Below are positions 14,312 to 22,894 of a DNA stretch of 33,070 bases, piece after piece. The DNA is from Candidatus Beckwithbacteria bacterium (GTDB lineage: Bacteria; Patescibacteriota; Microgenomatia; UBA1400; CG1-02-47-37). A model generated the notes under the pieces. It ran no database searches, was not told where the DNA came from, and saw only the letters and a list, made by a program, of their open reading frames with translations. Positions within the stretch are counted from its first letter, which is position 1. Each line of letters begins with the position of its first letter. The position numbers and the translations under genes are program-made. Location of the stretch: assembly GCA_043826085.1 (NCBI GenBank), contig JBDRQW010000046.1, forward strand, positions 1 to 33,070, given 5' to 3'.

Positions 14312-15445
14312 TTACAAATCGTCAGCCTCCTCCAAAACAGCCTCTAACTCAATCATCTTTCCATTTCTAAAAACTTCCAACTTAATCTTAAAGTTTGGCC
14401 TTAACTTGGCCACCACTGTACTTAAATCATTTTTTTGAGTTAATGGCTGACCTTCAATCTTGGTTACAATATCATTTTCTTTTAAACCGCTTTTATCTGC
14501 CGGTGAACCCAAAACTATTTCCACAATATAAGCCCCTTCAGGAACACTATTTAAAATTGCCGTCTTCTTATCAAGCATTTGATACCTCACTCCCAAATAA
14601 GGCCTGGAAAACTTACCGGTGGCATTAAAGATATCAATTGAATCTTGAACCACATTAATCGGAATGGCAAAACCAATATTTTCCCCGGCTTGAGATATTG
14701 CCACATTCACTCCAATCACTTGGCCAAACGAATTAAGCAATGGCCCTCCGGAATTACCAAGATTTATAGCCGCATCGGTCTGAATCACATCATCGAGTCG
14801 CTCACTTAAGGACCCATAACCTGTATTTATCCCTCTCCCTAATCCGGATATAACTCCTGTAGTTACCGTTGACCTAAACTCACCTAAGGCCGTCCCTATA
14901 GCAATTACTATCTGACCCACCTTTAAAGAATCAGAGTCCCCCATCTTTGCCGCCACCAACTCTGCTTCCCCCGGAGTAACTTTTAATATAGCCAAATCAT
15001 TACTCGGATCTCTATAAATTTTTTCCACCACCAACTCAACGTTATCACTGGTAATCACCCTAAACTCTGCATCAGGATCAAAAACAACATGCTTATTAGT
15101 CACCACCAAACCACTCTTATCTATGATAAATCCGGAACCAATATCTTGTTCTATTTTTCTCTCCTCAACTTTAGGATTTTGATTAAAAATCCCAAAAGGA
15201 TCAAAAAAAGTACTAGGGTCAATAATTTTCTGCGTTTTTTTAACTCCCACCGTTACCACCGAAGGCCCCACTTTTTCCACTACATCAATCACCGCATTCT
15301 CTTCTTTTAAAATCTCCCGATACACTTGTTGTTGTTTTGGTTCTGCTTTATCTTTTTTAGAAAAAAATCGGTCGCCAACCGCTCCCCCTAAAATCCCAAC
15401 CACTAAAACTACCACTAAGGCTAATCCAATTAGCCCCTTCTTCAT
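14312..15445 (-). CDS. htrA: HtrA/DegP-family serine protease with PDZ domain
   Basis: 377 aa with an N-terminal TM segment, TNKHV (His), DLAILK (Asp), GNSGGPLLN (Ser) and a C-terminal PDZ-like region. Confidence 0.88.
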   Translation of the reverse strand: MKKGLIGLALVVVLVVGILGGAVGDRFFSKKDKAEPKQQQVYREILKEENAVIDVVEKVGPSVVTVGVKKTQKIIDPSTFFDPFGIFNQNPKVEERKIEQDIGSGFIIDKSGLVVTNKHVVFDPDAEFRVITSDNVELVVEKIYRDPSNDLAILKVTPGEAELVAAKMGDSDSLKVGQIVIAIGTALGEFRSTVTTGVISGLGRGINTGYGSLSERLDDVIQTDAAINLGNSGGPLLNSFGQVIGVNVAISQAGENIGFAIPINVVQDSIDIFNATGKFSRPYLGVRYQMLDKKTAILNSVPEGAYIVEIVLGSPADKSGLKENDIVTKIEGQPLTQKNDLSTVVAKLRPNFKIKLEVFRNGKMIELEAVLEEADDL

Positions 15446-15846
15446 ATTTTTTCAATCTTTACTTTCACCTTGGCTAAAGCTTGACCAAATTTTAACTCCA
15501 CCTCATAATCACCAATTTTCTTGATCGGCTTCTCCAGTTTTATATATGTTTTTAAAATATCCAATTCTTTAGCAATTTCTTTTTTAGTAATACTACCGTG
15601 AATTTTACCGGCTTTACCGGCCTTTGCTTTAATAGTCACTACCTTGCCGTTTAATTTTCCCGCTAACCGCCTATCTTCTTGTTTTGTTTTCTTTTTAACA
15701 TCTTTATTCAAGGCTTCTTGTTTTTTTAACTTTTCAAGGGCAATCTTTGTAGCAATAATCGCTTGCTTTTTTGGCAACAAATAATTAACCGCATAACCCA
15801 ACGAAACATCCTTAACTTCACTTGTCTTTAAAATTATAACTTTCAT
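15442..15846 (-). CDS. rplI: Ribosomal protein L9
   Basis: MKVIILKTSEVKDVSLGYAVNYLLPKKQAI is the L9 N-terminal signature. 134 aa. Confidence 0.9.
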   Translation of the reverse strand: MKVIILKTSEVKDVSLGYAVNYLLPKKQAIIATKIALEKLKKQEALNKDVKKKTKQEDRRLAGKLNGKVVTIKAKAGKAGKIHGSITKKEIAKELDILKTYIKLEKPIKKIGDYEVELKFGQALAKVKVKIEKI

Positions 15847-15852
15847 ACAACC

Positions 15853-17088
15853 CTAATTATACACCACTTCCAGCGCCTTAATAAACTGTTCATCAATATC
15901 AACAGTTTCTAAATCATCTTCTATTTCAATATCAGGAGTAATTCCTTTAGTTTCATTTACCCACTGTCCACTAGGTAGTAGCCACTTAGCCGTAGTTACA
16001 TGAAGACCGGCTCCTTTACCCAACTCCAAAGCTTCCTGAATGGTACCTTTGCCAAAACTCTTTTCTCCAATTAATTTGGCCCTCTGATGATCGCGAAGAG
16101 CTCCGGATAAAATTTCCGAAGAAGAAGCACTCCCCTTATTAATTAATACCACTAAAGGTTTATCTAATAACCGCCCCTTATCATTTACACTATAAGTCTC
16201 AACTTTACCCTTAGAATCTTCTTGTTTAACTACAATTAAGCCTCTGTCTAAAAACTCACCGGCATAAATAACCGCTCCCTGTAAATATCCACCGGGATTA
16301 TTTCGCAAATCTAAAATAATACCCCTGGCATTTTTTTTAGCTACTACCTCATCAACCACATTATTCCACTCTTCCTCGGTTCTACCTCCGAATCTGGATA
16401 ATTTAATATAAGCAATATCTAAATTTTCACCCTTCCAAAAAAGTTCAACACTTTTAATCACTATAGTCTCTCTCTTAATAGTCACTATACTTAAATCACT
16501 GTCTCCTGCATGAAATAAAGTTAAATCAATTAGAGAATCTTTTGGGCCCCTAATAATCTCGACCGCTTCGGGCAAAGACATATCAGTCGTATCAACATCA
16601 ATATCTTTAGCCTCATCTTTAATGTGTAAAATCAAGTCACCGGCTTTAACCCCAGTTGCTTCCGCCGGCATACCGGCCAAAGGAGCAATCACTCCCAATT
16701 GACCATCAATAAAACCCAACTGAATTCCCACTCCTTCAAAAGCTCCATTTAACTCTTCATTTGTAGCTTTATTTTGTTTAGGCGGTAAAAAAACCGTGTA
16801 AGGATCTTCCAAAGAAGCAGTCATTCCCCTTATTGCTCCCCAGACCATCTCAGTCGGCTTTAAACTCTCCTTAATCAAGTAACTCTCTCCAAGCTTATCC
16901 CACACTTGCCAAAACATTCTTAAATCAACACTATTCTTATCATCGGGCTGAGACCTATCCAACTTAATTACTCCCAAATTACTCACCGAAATTTCCTTTT
17001 TACCAATCCGATACCCAATCACTCCAGCCATCAAAACCAGACTTAAAATCAACACCCCCGTTCTAATTTGTTTGAGTGATATTTTCAT
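15853..17088 (-). CDS. S41-family carboxy-terminal processing peptidase
   Basis: 411 aa with an N-terminal TM segment, a PDZ region, LDLRNNPGG, GSASSSEILSGAL (Ser) and GEKSFGKGT (Lys). Confidence 0.88.
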   Translation of the reverse strand: MKISLKQIRTGVLILSLVLMAGVIGYRIGKKEISVSNLGVIKLDRSQPDDKNSVDLRMFWQVWDKLGESYLIKESLKPTEMVWGAIRGMTASLEDPYTVFLPPKQNKATNEELNGAFEGVGIQLGFIDGQLGVIAPLAGMPAEATGVKAGDLILHIKDEAKDIDVDTTDMSLPEAVEIIRGPKDSLIDLTLFHAGDSDLSIVTIKRETIVIKSVELFWKGENLDIAYIKLSRFGGRTEEEWNNVVDEVVAKKNARGIILDLRNNPGGYLQGAVIYAGEFLDRGLIVVKQEDSKGKVETYSVNDKGRLLDKPLVVLINKGSASSSEILSGALRDHQRAKLIGEKSFGKGTIQEALELGKGAGLHVTTAKWLLPSGQWVNETKGITPDIEIEDDLETVDIDEQFIKALEVVYN

Positions 17089-17092
17089 TATC

Positions 17093-17323
17093 CTAACTTA
17101 CAAATGGAATAAACGCTAAATGCCTAGCTCTCTTAATTGCTTTTGACAATCGCCTTTGATGTTTAGCGCAAACTCCGGAACGTTGTCTAGATAAAATCTT
17201 GCTTCGTTCAGAGATGAACTTTTTTAAAATCTCAAAGTCTTTATAATCAGGCACTTTTTCACCTTTACTTTCACAAAAAAAGCACTTTAAGTTTCTTTTA
17301 AATTCTCGTCGTTTTCTTTGCAT
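17093..17323 (-). CDS. rpsR: Ribosomal protein S18
   Basis: CFFC......DYKD...[42 protein letters not shown]. Confidence 0.9.
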   Translation of the reverse strand: MQRKRREFKRNLKCFFCESKGEKVPDYKDFEILKKFISERSKILSRQRSGVCAKHQRRLSKAIKRARHLAFIPFVS

Positions 17324-17328
17324 AGTTT

Positions 17329-17865
17329 TTAAAAAGGAATGTCGTCGGGATTAATTTTATCATCCTCTACTTTTTTTTCAGCTGGTTTAACCTCTTTTCC
17401 AACCGGTTTAACCGGGGCCTTGGCCTCAATCGGTTTTTTTGCTTCTACAGGTTGCTCATCTTGAGATTGAGCCACCGGTTCCGCCTGATAAGCGTCCGGA
17501 TTAGCCTGTCTATCTTTGTGCTTTGAGTCCAAAACAATCATGTTGTCAATTATTACTTCAACGGTAGTTCTTTCTTGACCTGAAGCATCAGTCCAATTTC
17601 TTGTTTGAAGTCTTCCTTCAACATATGCTTTTCTACCTTTAAAAAGTAACTCACTACACAGCTCAGCCAGCTTATTCCAAGCCACTATTCTATGAAATTC
17701 AGTTTCTTCCTGACGATCACCACCCGCAGACGGCTGCCAAGATCTATTTGTAGCTAACCCAAAAGTGCAAACCGGCGTACCTTGTGGTGTATATCTTAAC
17801 TCTGGGTCACGAGTTAAATTTCCAATTAATATTACTTTGTTAAGAGATCTGCTTGACATAATCAC
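17329..17865 (-). CDS. ssb: Single-stranded DNA-binding protein
   Basis: [21 protein letters not shown]-fold start, [12 protein letters not shown], a low-complexity linker and the acidic tail DDIPF. Confidence 0.92.
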   Translation of the reverse strand: MIMSSRSLNKVILIGNLTRDPELRYTPQGTPVCTFGLATNRSWQPSAGGDRQEETEFHRIVAWNKLAELCSELLFKGRKAYVEGRLQTRNWTDASGQERTTVEVIIDNMIVLDSKHKDRQANPDAYQAEPVAQSQDEQPVEAKKPIEAKAPVKPVGKEVKPAEKKVEDDKINPDDIPF

Positions 17866-18143
17866 TCCTTCATTATTAATAAATATCTCAAAATTTCCTC
17901 TTTTAAACGCATTGCCCGATCAAGCTCTGCAACCTTAGTCTCCGGCATCTCTATAATAAAAATTCCATACCAACCTTTGGTTTTCTTCTTAATCTCATAA
18001 GCCAAATCACGAACCCCTAAAATATTTTTCTCTTTAACAACAGCCTTAGCTTCAGTTAACAACTCTTCTAATAATGATTTTTGTTTTGCCTCGTCTTTCC
18101 CAATCTCTTCGGTCAGAACCAAGGTTAGTTCATATGTCTTCAT
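17862..18143 (-). CDS. rpsF: Ribosomal protein S6
   Basis: MKTYELTLVL...LGVRDLAYEIKKKTKGWY. First gene of the rpsF-ssb-rpsR cluster. Confidence 0.88.
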   Translation of the reverse strand: MKTYELTLVLTEEIGKDEAKQKSLLEELLTEAKAVVKEKNILGVRDLAYEIKKKTKGWYGIFIIEMPETKVAELDRAMRLKEEILRYLLIMKE

Positions 18144-18153
18144 GTCTCATCCT

Positions 18154-18181
18154 ATTTTATCTAATTTCAAAAAAATTGCAA
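18154..18181 (-). promoter_or_regulatory. Sigma70-like promoter of the rpsF operon
   Basis: On the minus strand: TTGCAA (18181-18176), 16-nt spacer, TAAAAT (18159-18154), then AGGATGAG before the ATG at 18143. Confidence 0.5.
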
Positions 18182-18191
18182 TCGCTAAATT

Positions 18192-18218
18192 ACTTACACA
18201 CATCTGATGTGTGTTTTT
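18192..18218. repeat. Copy 2 of the palindromic element, extended 27-nt form ACTTACACACATCTGATGTGTGTTTTT
   Basis: Identical 27-mer at 19821-19847. Core palindrome at 18196-18214, followed by a T-run on the plus strand. Confidence 0.85.
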
Positions 18219-18275
18219 TCTCTGTTTTTTCTCTTGGAATTTTGTAATAAAAATGCTGTCATACATGAAATAAAT

Positions 18276-18735
18276 ATGGCATTTATCGAAAAATTCCACC
18301 AAACAATAGAAAACACCATCGCTCTCTCGGAAATCGGAGAAACATTGGTAACCAACCTAACAGCATTTGCTGAAAAATTTCAACCCGCAAAAATAGGCTT
18401 TGTTGGCGATGCCGTAACTTGCTCCTACCACAAAAGAAATGGACGAAAATAGAGCCAGGTTAGTTAGATTTGCCTCCCACCTTAACCAACAAAATCCAGA
18501 CTCTTTCTTTTTCAGCTCAGCTGACATCTTTACTAACGAAGTTCGCGAAAGAATAAACTCCACTGAAATCAGCCATCCACAATGGATGGAATACTGGGAA
18601 ACAATTTTAAAGGCAAACCTTATCACTGATTTATTTCTAACTCCTGGATGGGAACGATCTACTGGCACAAAAGATGAACATAGAACAGCCGAAGAAATGG
18701 GTCTCGCCATTCATTATCTAGATTACGAAGTTTAA
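18276..18735 (+). pseudogene. DUF4406 / nucleoside 2-deoxyribosyltransferase-like gene split by a +1 frameshift near 18430-18450
   Basis: ORF 18207-18452 (probable start at M24, nt 18276) ends ...KIGFVGDAVTCSYHKRNGRK. ORF 18439-18735, in the +1 frame, continues ENRARLVRFASHL...LTPGWERSTGTKDEHRTAEEMGL, the GW..S.G...E motif of DUF4406. A-runs at the junction. Confidence 0.45.
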
Positions 18736-18747
18736 CCCAAACAAATA

Positions 18748-19815
18748 CTAACTAAAACATTTAAATTTTTTATTACCCCTATAACTTCTCCCAGATTTTG
18801 AAACATTTTTACCCCCAACCTTAACTATATCAGCCGTAAAGTCATTATTTCCATGAACTAAACTAGACCCCACTCCATAAACATCCACGGGTGTTTTTTC
18901 TTTCTCAAACCAAGTTACTTTTTTTTCGTCAAATCCTCCAGAAACAACAATCTTTACAAACTCAAAACCTTCTTTATTTAAAGTTTTTCTCACCAACTTC
19001 ACTAATTTTGGATTGACTCCATAATTTAACTTGTTTTTAACTTTATTACTAACTAAAGATTTGTCAATCATGTTTTGAGCTGTATCTAGTCGCACTCCCC
19101 ATAATTTCCTACCTAAAACTCTTGCTGCTTTTAAAGAATCCGCCACACAATCATTATTAAAGTCAACTAAAGCAATTGCCCTCACTTTTTTAAAATGCTT
19201 GACAAACTGTTTCAAAGTAATCTCCAAATCGCCCTTATTAACAGCGATTAAAGCATGAGGAATTGTTCCTATCGCCGGCAATTCTACCCTAACAGCCTGA
19301 GCAAGCGTACAAACTGCCGTAGCTCCTCCGACCTTAGCTGCATAACCATCACCTTCCTGATTTAAAAAATGGTCAAATCTATCAGCAAAAAACATCACTG
19401 GTTTTTTATTTGCAGCCTTCACTACCCCCCTAGTATTACTTGCCACCAAAGTTCTTCTGGCTAAAATTCCTAAATACAAAGATTCTAAATGAGCAAAATA
19501 TGTATACGGGCCAATAATATGCATTACCGACTCGCCTGATTTTATCTGACTTCCTTCGGGCAAGGATCTGACTTTTAAATCACTCCACTTTGAAACCCAT
19601 CGATTTCTTTTAAAATATCCTGTCCCTTTTTTTAATAGTTCAACTGCCTCATCAACCCCACAAAACACACTCTTATCTTTTTTTTGAAATAACTGCATTG
19701 TTACTAAATTTAAATTAACTTCTTGAGATAAAATATGTTTAGTTTTATTAAAATACACCGCCGAAAAATAACCCCTTCTAATCTTATTAATAGTTTTTTT
19801 ATCCCAATATGTCAT
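18748..19815 (-). CDS. Nicotinate phosphoribosyltransferase (archaeal/Ta1145-like type II PRTase)
   Basis: RRGYFSAVYF, GTIPHALI, VRLDTAQN, VVSGGFDE, VYGVGSS, DFTADIVKVGGK. I place the start at MTYWDKK (19815), because the upstream ATG at 19830 lies inside the palindromic repeat. Confidence 0.85.
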   Translation of the reverse strand: MTYWDKKTINKIRRGYFSAVYFNKTKHILSQEVNLNLVTMQLFQKKDKSVFCGVDEAVELLKKGTGYFKRNRWVSKWSDLKVRSLPEGSQIKSGESVMHIIGPYTYFAHLESLYLGILARRTLVASNTRGVVKAANKKPVMFFADRFDHFLNQEGDGYAAKVGGATAVCTLAQAVRVELPAIGTIPHALIAVNKGDLEITLKQFVKHFKKVRAIALVDFNNDCVADSLKAARVLGRKLWGVRLDTAQNMIDKSLVSNKVKNKLNYGVNPKLVKLVRKTLNKEGFEFVKIVVSGGFDEKKVTWFEKEKTPVDVYGVGSSLVHGNNDFTADIVKVGGKNVSKSGRSYRGNKKFKCFS

Positions 19816-19820
19816 TAAAT

Positions 19821-19847
19821 ACTTACACACATCTGATGTGTGTTTTT
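19821..19847. repeat. Copy 3 of the palindromic element (27-nt form)
   Basis: Core palindrome at 19825-19843. On the minus strand it encodes the last codons THIRCV plus the stop of cysS. Confidence 0.85.
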
Positions 19848-21250
19848 CCCTCCTCTTTATCCTCTATCAAATATCCTTTTTTTTCTATCTCTAGCCTCAC
19901 CACATCCGCCTCATCCCACTTTTTCTCTTTTCTTAAACTTTCCCGTTTTTTTACTAATGTTTCCACCTCAACCGAAATCTTAACTTTATCTTTTTCAACT
20001 TCACCCAACCCCAACCCCAAAACTTGATCCCAATCTAAAATCAATTCCCACTTATCATATTCTGGAATATTTGACTTAGCCATCTCCCAAACCACAGCCA
20101 TAGCTTGAGGCATATTAAGATCATTTTCCACCGCCTGCCTAAACTTCAAGGAGACTCCCTGAAGTTTTTCCAATTTTTCAGGAGACAACTTAGTCCTGCC
20201 TTTTGTACCGCTCCAGGAGCGTGATATTGAAGTTAATTTTTTATAAGCTTCTTTAGCCGCATCTAAAGATTTATAAGTAAAGTTCATCTTGGTTCGATAA
20301 TGCCCCGTCAAAAACAAGTACCTTAATATTCGAGGTTCGTAACCTCGAATTTCTAGATCTTTTACCCTTATAAAATTCTTCAAAGACTTGCTCATTTTTT
20401 CACCATCAATATCCAAAAAGTTCGAATGAAACCAATAGTTCACAAACTTCTTGCCGGTACAAGCCTCACTTTGAGCAATTTCATTGGTGTGATGCACCGG
20501 AATATGATCAATTCCACCGGTATGAATATCAATCGTCTCCCCCAAATACTTCATCGAAATAGCACTACATTCAATATGCCAACCTGGAAATCCAACTCCC
20601 CACGGACTCTCCCACTCCATTAAACGACGCACAGCAGAGTCAGGATAACTAAACTTCCACAGAGCAAAATCAGTGGCATTTTTCTTCTCCAAGTTTTTCT
20701 TAACCCTAACTCCTTCTTTCAAGCCTTCAATGTCCAATCTTGCTAACTTACCATAGTCTTTAAATTTACTGGAATCAAAATAAATCCCATCACTGGTTTT
20801 ATATGTAAAACCTTTTTTCTCAAGTTTTTTTATTAAATCTATCTGTTCGCTAATATGATCAGTCACGCGAGCCACTACATCAGGCTTCACTATATTAAGC
20901 TGATCTAGCATCTCAAAAAAATCTTTTGAGTAGTAGTCGGCTAATTTCCAAATGTTCTTATTTTCCTCTCTCGCCTTTTTTTCCATCTTATCCTCACCGG
21001 AATCGGCATCCGAAGTTAAGTGGCCCACATCAGTCACATTCATGACCACTTTAACTTTATAATCTAACCACCTTAAAGCTCTGACTAAACAATCGCTGTT
21101 TATATAAGCTCTGGCATGACCAATATGGGCATAGTCATACACCGTCGGGCCACAAATATAAACTCCAACTTGCTTGCGATGAGCTTGCCGAACTCGATCA
21201 ACCAATCTAAACTCCTCGATTTTTCTAGTTAAAGTATTAAATAGTTTCAT
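19823..21250 (-). CDS. cysS: Cysteine--tRNA ligase
   Basis: 475 aa. CGPTVYDYAHIGHARAY (HIGH), WHIECS and KMSKS. Confidence 0.93.
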   Translation of the reverse strand: MKLFNTLTRKIEEFRLVDRVRQAHRKQVGVYICGPTVYDYAHIGHARAYINSDCLVRALRWLDYKVKVVMNVTDVGHLTSDADSGEDKMEKKAREENKNIWKLADYYSKDFFEMLDQLNIVKPDVVARVTDHISEQIDLIKKLEKKGFTYKTSDGIYFDSSKFKDYGKLARLDIEGLKEGVRVKKNLEKKNATDFALWKFSYPDSAVRRLMEWESPWGVGFPGWHIECSAISMKYLGETIDIHTGGIDHIPVHHTNEIAQSEACTGKKFVNYWFHSNFLDIDGEKMSKSLKNFIRVKDLEIRGYEPRILRYLFLTGHYRTKMNFTYKSLDAAKEAYKKLTSISRSWSGTKGRTKLSPEKLEKLQGVSLKFRQAVENDLNMPQAMAVVWEMAKSNIPEYDKWELILDWDQVLGLGLGEVEKDKVKISVEVETLVKKRESLRKEKKWDEADVVRLEIEKKGYLIEDKEEGKTHIRCV

Positions 21251-21750
21251 CCGCTCACCCCCCTGGCTATTTCACCGGTTCCCATTCCTTGCTTACTTAA
21301 TAATGATAACTTACTTTTATTCTGCTTCATCTCTTCCTTTTTTTTCTTTAATTTATCAAAAAAACTCTCGGGATCCTTGACTTGCTCATCATCAAACTCC
21401 GCCTTACCTGTTTCATACTTTCTTTGTTTTTCAAGTTTCTTTCTTCTCTCCAACTTTATTTTCTCTTGAATTTCTTTATATAACTGCATGGATTTTTGTT
21501 TATCAATATTCTCAAGTCTTTTAATATTTTCCGGTTTCTCTTCTGGTTTCTTTTTGGGCTTTTTTAACTCCTCTTCTCCCGATCCATACATCCTTTGATT
21601 TAACTCATCGCTCTCAGTTGTATCCATTCCAACAACACTCTTTACCATTTGTTTGGTTACATCACCCACTGCTTTTTTCGATTGCCTCACGGTCTGTTTT
21701 CCGGTTTCCAACAACTCCCCAAAAACATCTCTGATAATTTTCTTTGGCAT
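21247..21750 (-). CDS. Hypothetical Lys/Glu-rich protein
   Basis: 167 aa, low complexity, no motif recognised. ATGA-type 4-nt overlap with the cysS start suggests co-translation. Confidence 0.55.
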   Translation of the reverse strand: MPKKIIRDVFGELLETGKQTVRQSKKAVGDVTKQMVKSVVGMDTTESDELNQRMYGSGEEELKKPKKKPEEKPENIKRLENIDKQKSMQLYKEIQEKIKLERRKKLEKQRKYETGKAEFDDEQVKDPESFFDKLKKKKEEMKQNKSKLSLLSKQGMGTGEIARGVSG

Positions 21751-21758
21751 ATCAAACT

Positions 21759-21787
21759 ATCCTATCATCTAGCGATTTTTTTGGCAA
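21759..21787 (-). promoter_or_regulatory. Sigma70-like promoter for the 21750 gene/cysS
   Basis: On the minus strand: TTGCCA (21787-21782), 17-nt spacer, TAGGAT (21764-21759). Confidence 0.45.
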
Positions 21788-21810
21788 AAAAAAACGCTTT
21801 ATTATATAAT
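21781..21810 (+). promoter_or_regulatory. Sigma70-like promoter for the 21818 gene
   Basis: TTGGCA (21781-21786), 18-nt spacer, TATAAT (21805-21810). The ATG is only 7 nt downstream, so the leader is very short or absent. Its -35 box overlaps the divergent -35 box. Confidence 0.45.
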
Positions 21811-21817
21811 TTAAAAA

Positions 21818-22894
21818 ATGAAAGAAAAAAATAGTTTACCCACGATAGGAATTATTGGCCTTGGAGCTGTAGGCTTCATGCTTACCAACCAACTCCTAAA
21901 ATCAAATAAAGGTTATATTATTAAACTGCTTGGAAAAAAGAAAGCTTTAAAACAATTTAAAAACTATTTTATTGAATCTCCTGCAGAATTTTGCCAATCA
22001 TATAAACAATTTTTCTCTAAACCCCATCCAAATATTATCTTGCTTGCTATTCCCAATCCGATTGATGCTACCATTAACTCAATCTCTAAAGAATTAAAAA
22101 ATAATAAAGCAATAAAATCCACAACAATCGTTCCACTACAAAATGGTGTATCTGCCGTTAAGACAATTCAATTAATCTCCACTAAATACAAACTAAATCA
22201 ACTAAATATTGTTAAGGGTTGTATTACAAATGCATCTACACGCAATAGTCCCATTTCATTAAAACCAGCCCAATACAACCCAAAAAAATTATTTATTGCT
22301 CTCGCTAAAATAAATAGTCAAAGTAATCTAATTATAGTTATTAAATTATTCCAAAACATGAATTTTATTGTTAAAAAAGTTAACAACCTAGCTAGTCTTC
22401 AATGGTCAAAACTGATTAGCGGTAATTTGTCAGGATACTCAACTGCTGTTACCTTCATGCCTCTAATCTATACCTTACATGACAATGATCTTCTTAGATT
22501 TGAAATCAAATGTTTTAAAGAAAGGCTTAAAATTATCAATAAAGCTAAAATCAAGATAATAGATTTGCCGGGTTTTAAAGCTAGACGAATCGCCTTAATA
22601 GCCCAATACTTACCAACTAACATCCTTATCCAACTCAAAACTTTAATTTACAAAAGCAATCTGGCACCAAGAAGCAATACTATGCCCAGCACGGCTAAAA
22701 AAATTCTAGCAGGGAAAAAAACAGAAGTAGATTACTACTTAAAACCAATCATAGATCTAGGTAACAAATATAACCAAAATATGCCAATCGCTAAAAAACT
22801 CTATTCAATTATCAAGCAATTTGAAACCGGCCAAGTCAACCCTAAACAATTAAGTCTCAATAAAAGAAAACTACTACTTACTGGTTCAACCTAA
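21818..22894 (+). CDS. Ketopantoate reductase (ApbA/PanE)-like NAD(P)-binding oxidoreductase
   Basis: 358 aa. N-terminal Rossmann IGIIGLGAVG. LQWSKLISGNLSGYSTAV resembles the PanE W.KL..N....ALT block. AT-rich. Confidence 0.5.
   Translation: MKEKNSLPTIGIIGLGAVGFMLTNQLLKSNKGYIIKLLGKKKALKQFKNYFIESPAEFCQSYKQFFSKPHPNIILLAIPNPIDATINSISKELKNNKAIKSTTIVPLQNGVSAVKTIQLISTKYKLNQLNIVKGCITNASTRNSPISLKPAQYNPKKLFIALAKINSQSNLIIVIKLFQNMNFIVKKVNNLASLQWSKLISGNLSGYSTAVTFMPLIYTLHDNDLLRFEIKCFKERLKIINKAKIKIIDLPGFKARRIALIAQYLPTNILIQLKTLIYKSNLAPRSNTMPSTAKKILAGKKTEVDYYLKPIIDLGNKYNQNMPIAKKLYSIIKQFETGQVNPKQLSLNKRKLLLTGST

Noticed and set aside
18144-18275. A small RNA or tRNA gene in the rpsF upstream intergenic region, and likewise in 4072-4326.
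   Set aside because: No cloverleaf-compatible acceptor and T-arm pairing or conserved GTTC-type T-loop was seen. The regions are accounted for by promoters, the palindromic repeat and the sORF/terminator leader.
19816-19830. Upstream start MCKYLM for the NAPRTase ORF; likewise the 18207 start for the DUF4406 fragment, the 32466 start for vapB and the 31691 start for proS.
   Set aside because: The extra N-terminal codons lie inside the palindromic repeat or predicted promoter sequence, or precede the conserved family N-terminus. Internal Met codons give starts that match the family patterns.
20328-20350. The 23-nt perfect palindrome attcgaggtt-cgt-aacctcgaat in cysS, considered as an inserted hairpin element.
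   Set aside because: It encodes IRGYEPRI, which lies within the CysRS block conserved across the family (G..P..LR..LL..HYR). It is therefore native sequence rather than an insertion. It is kept only as a member of the palindrome census, and it shows that not every palindrome here need be mobile.
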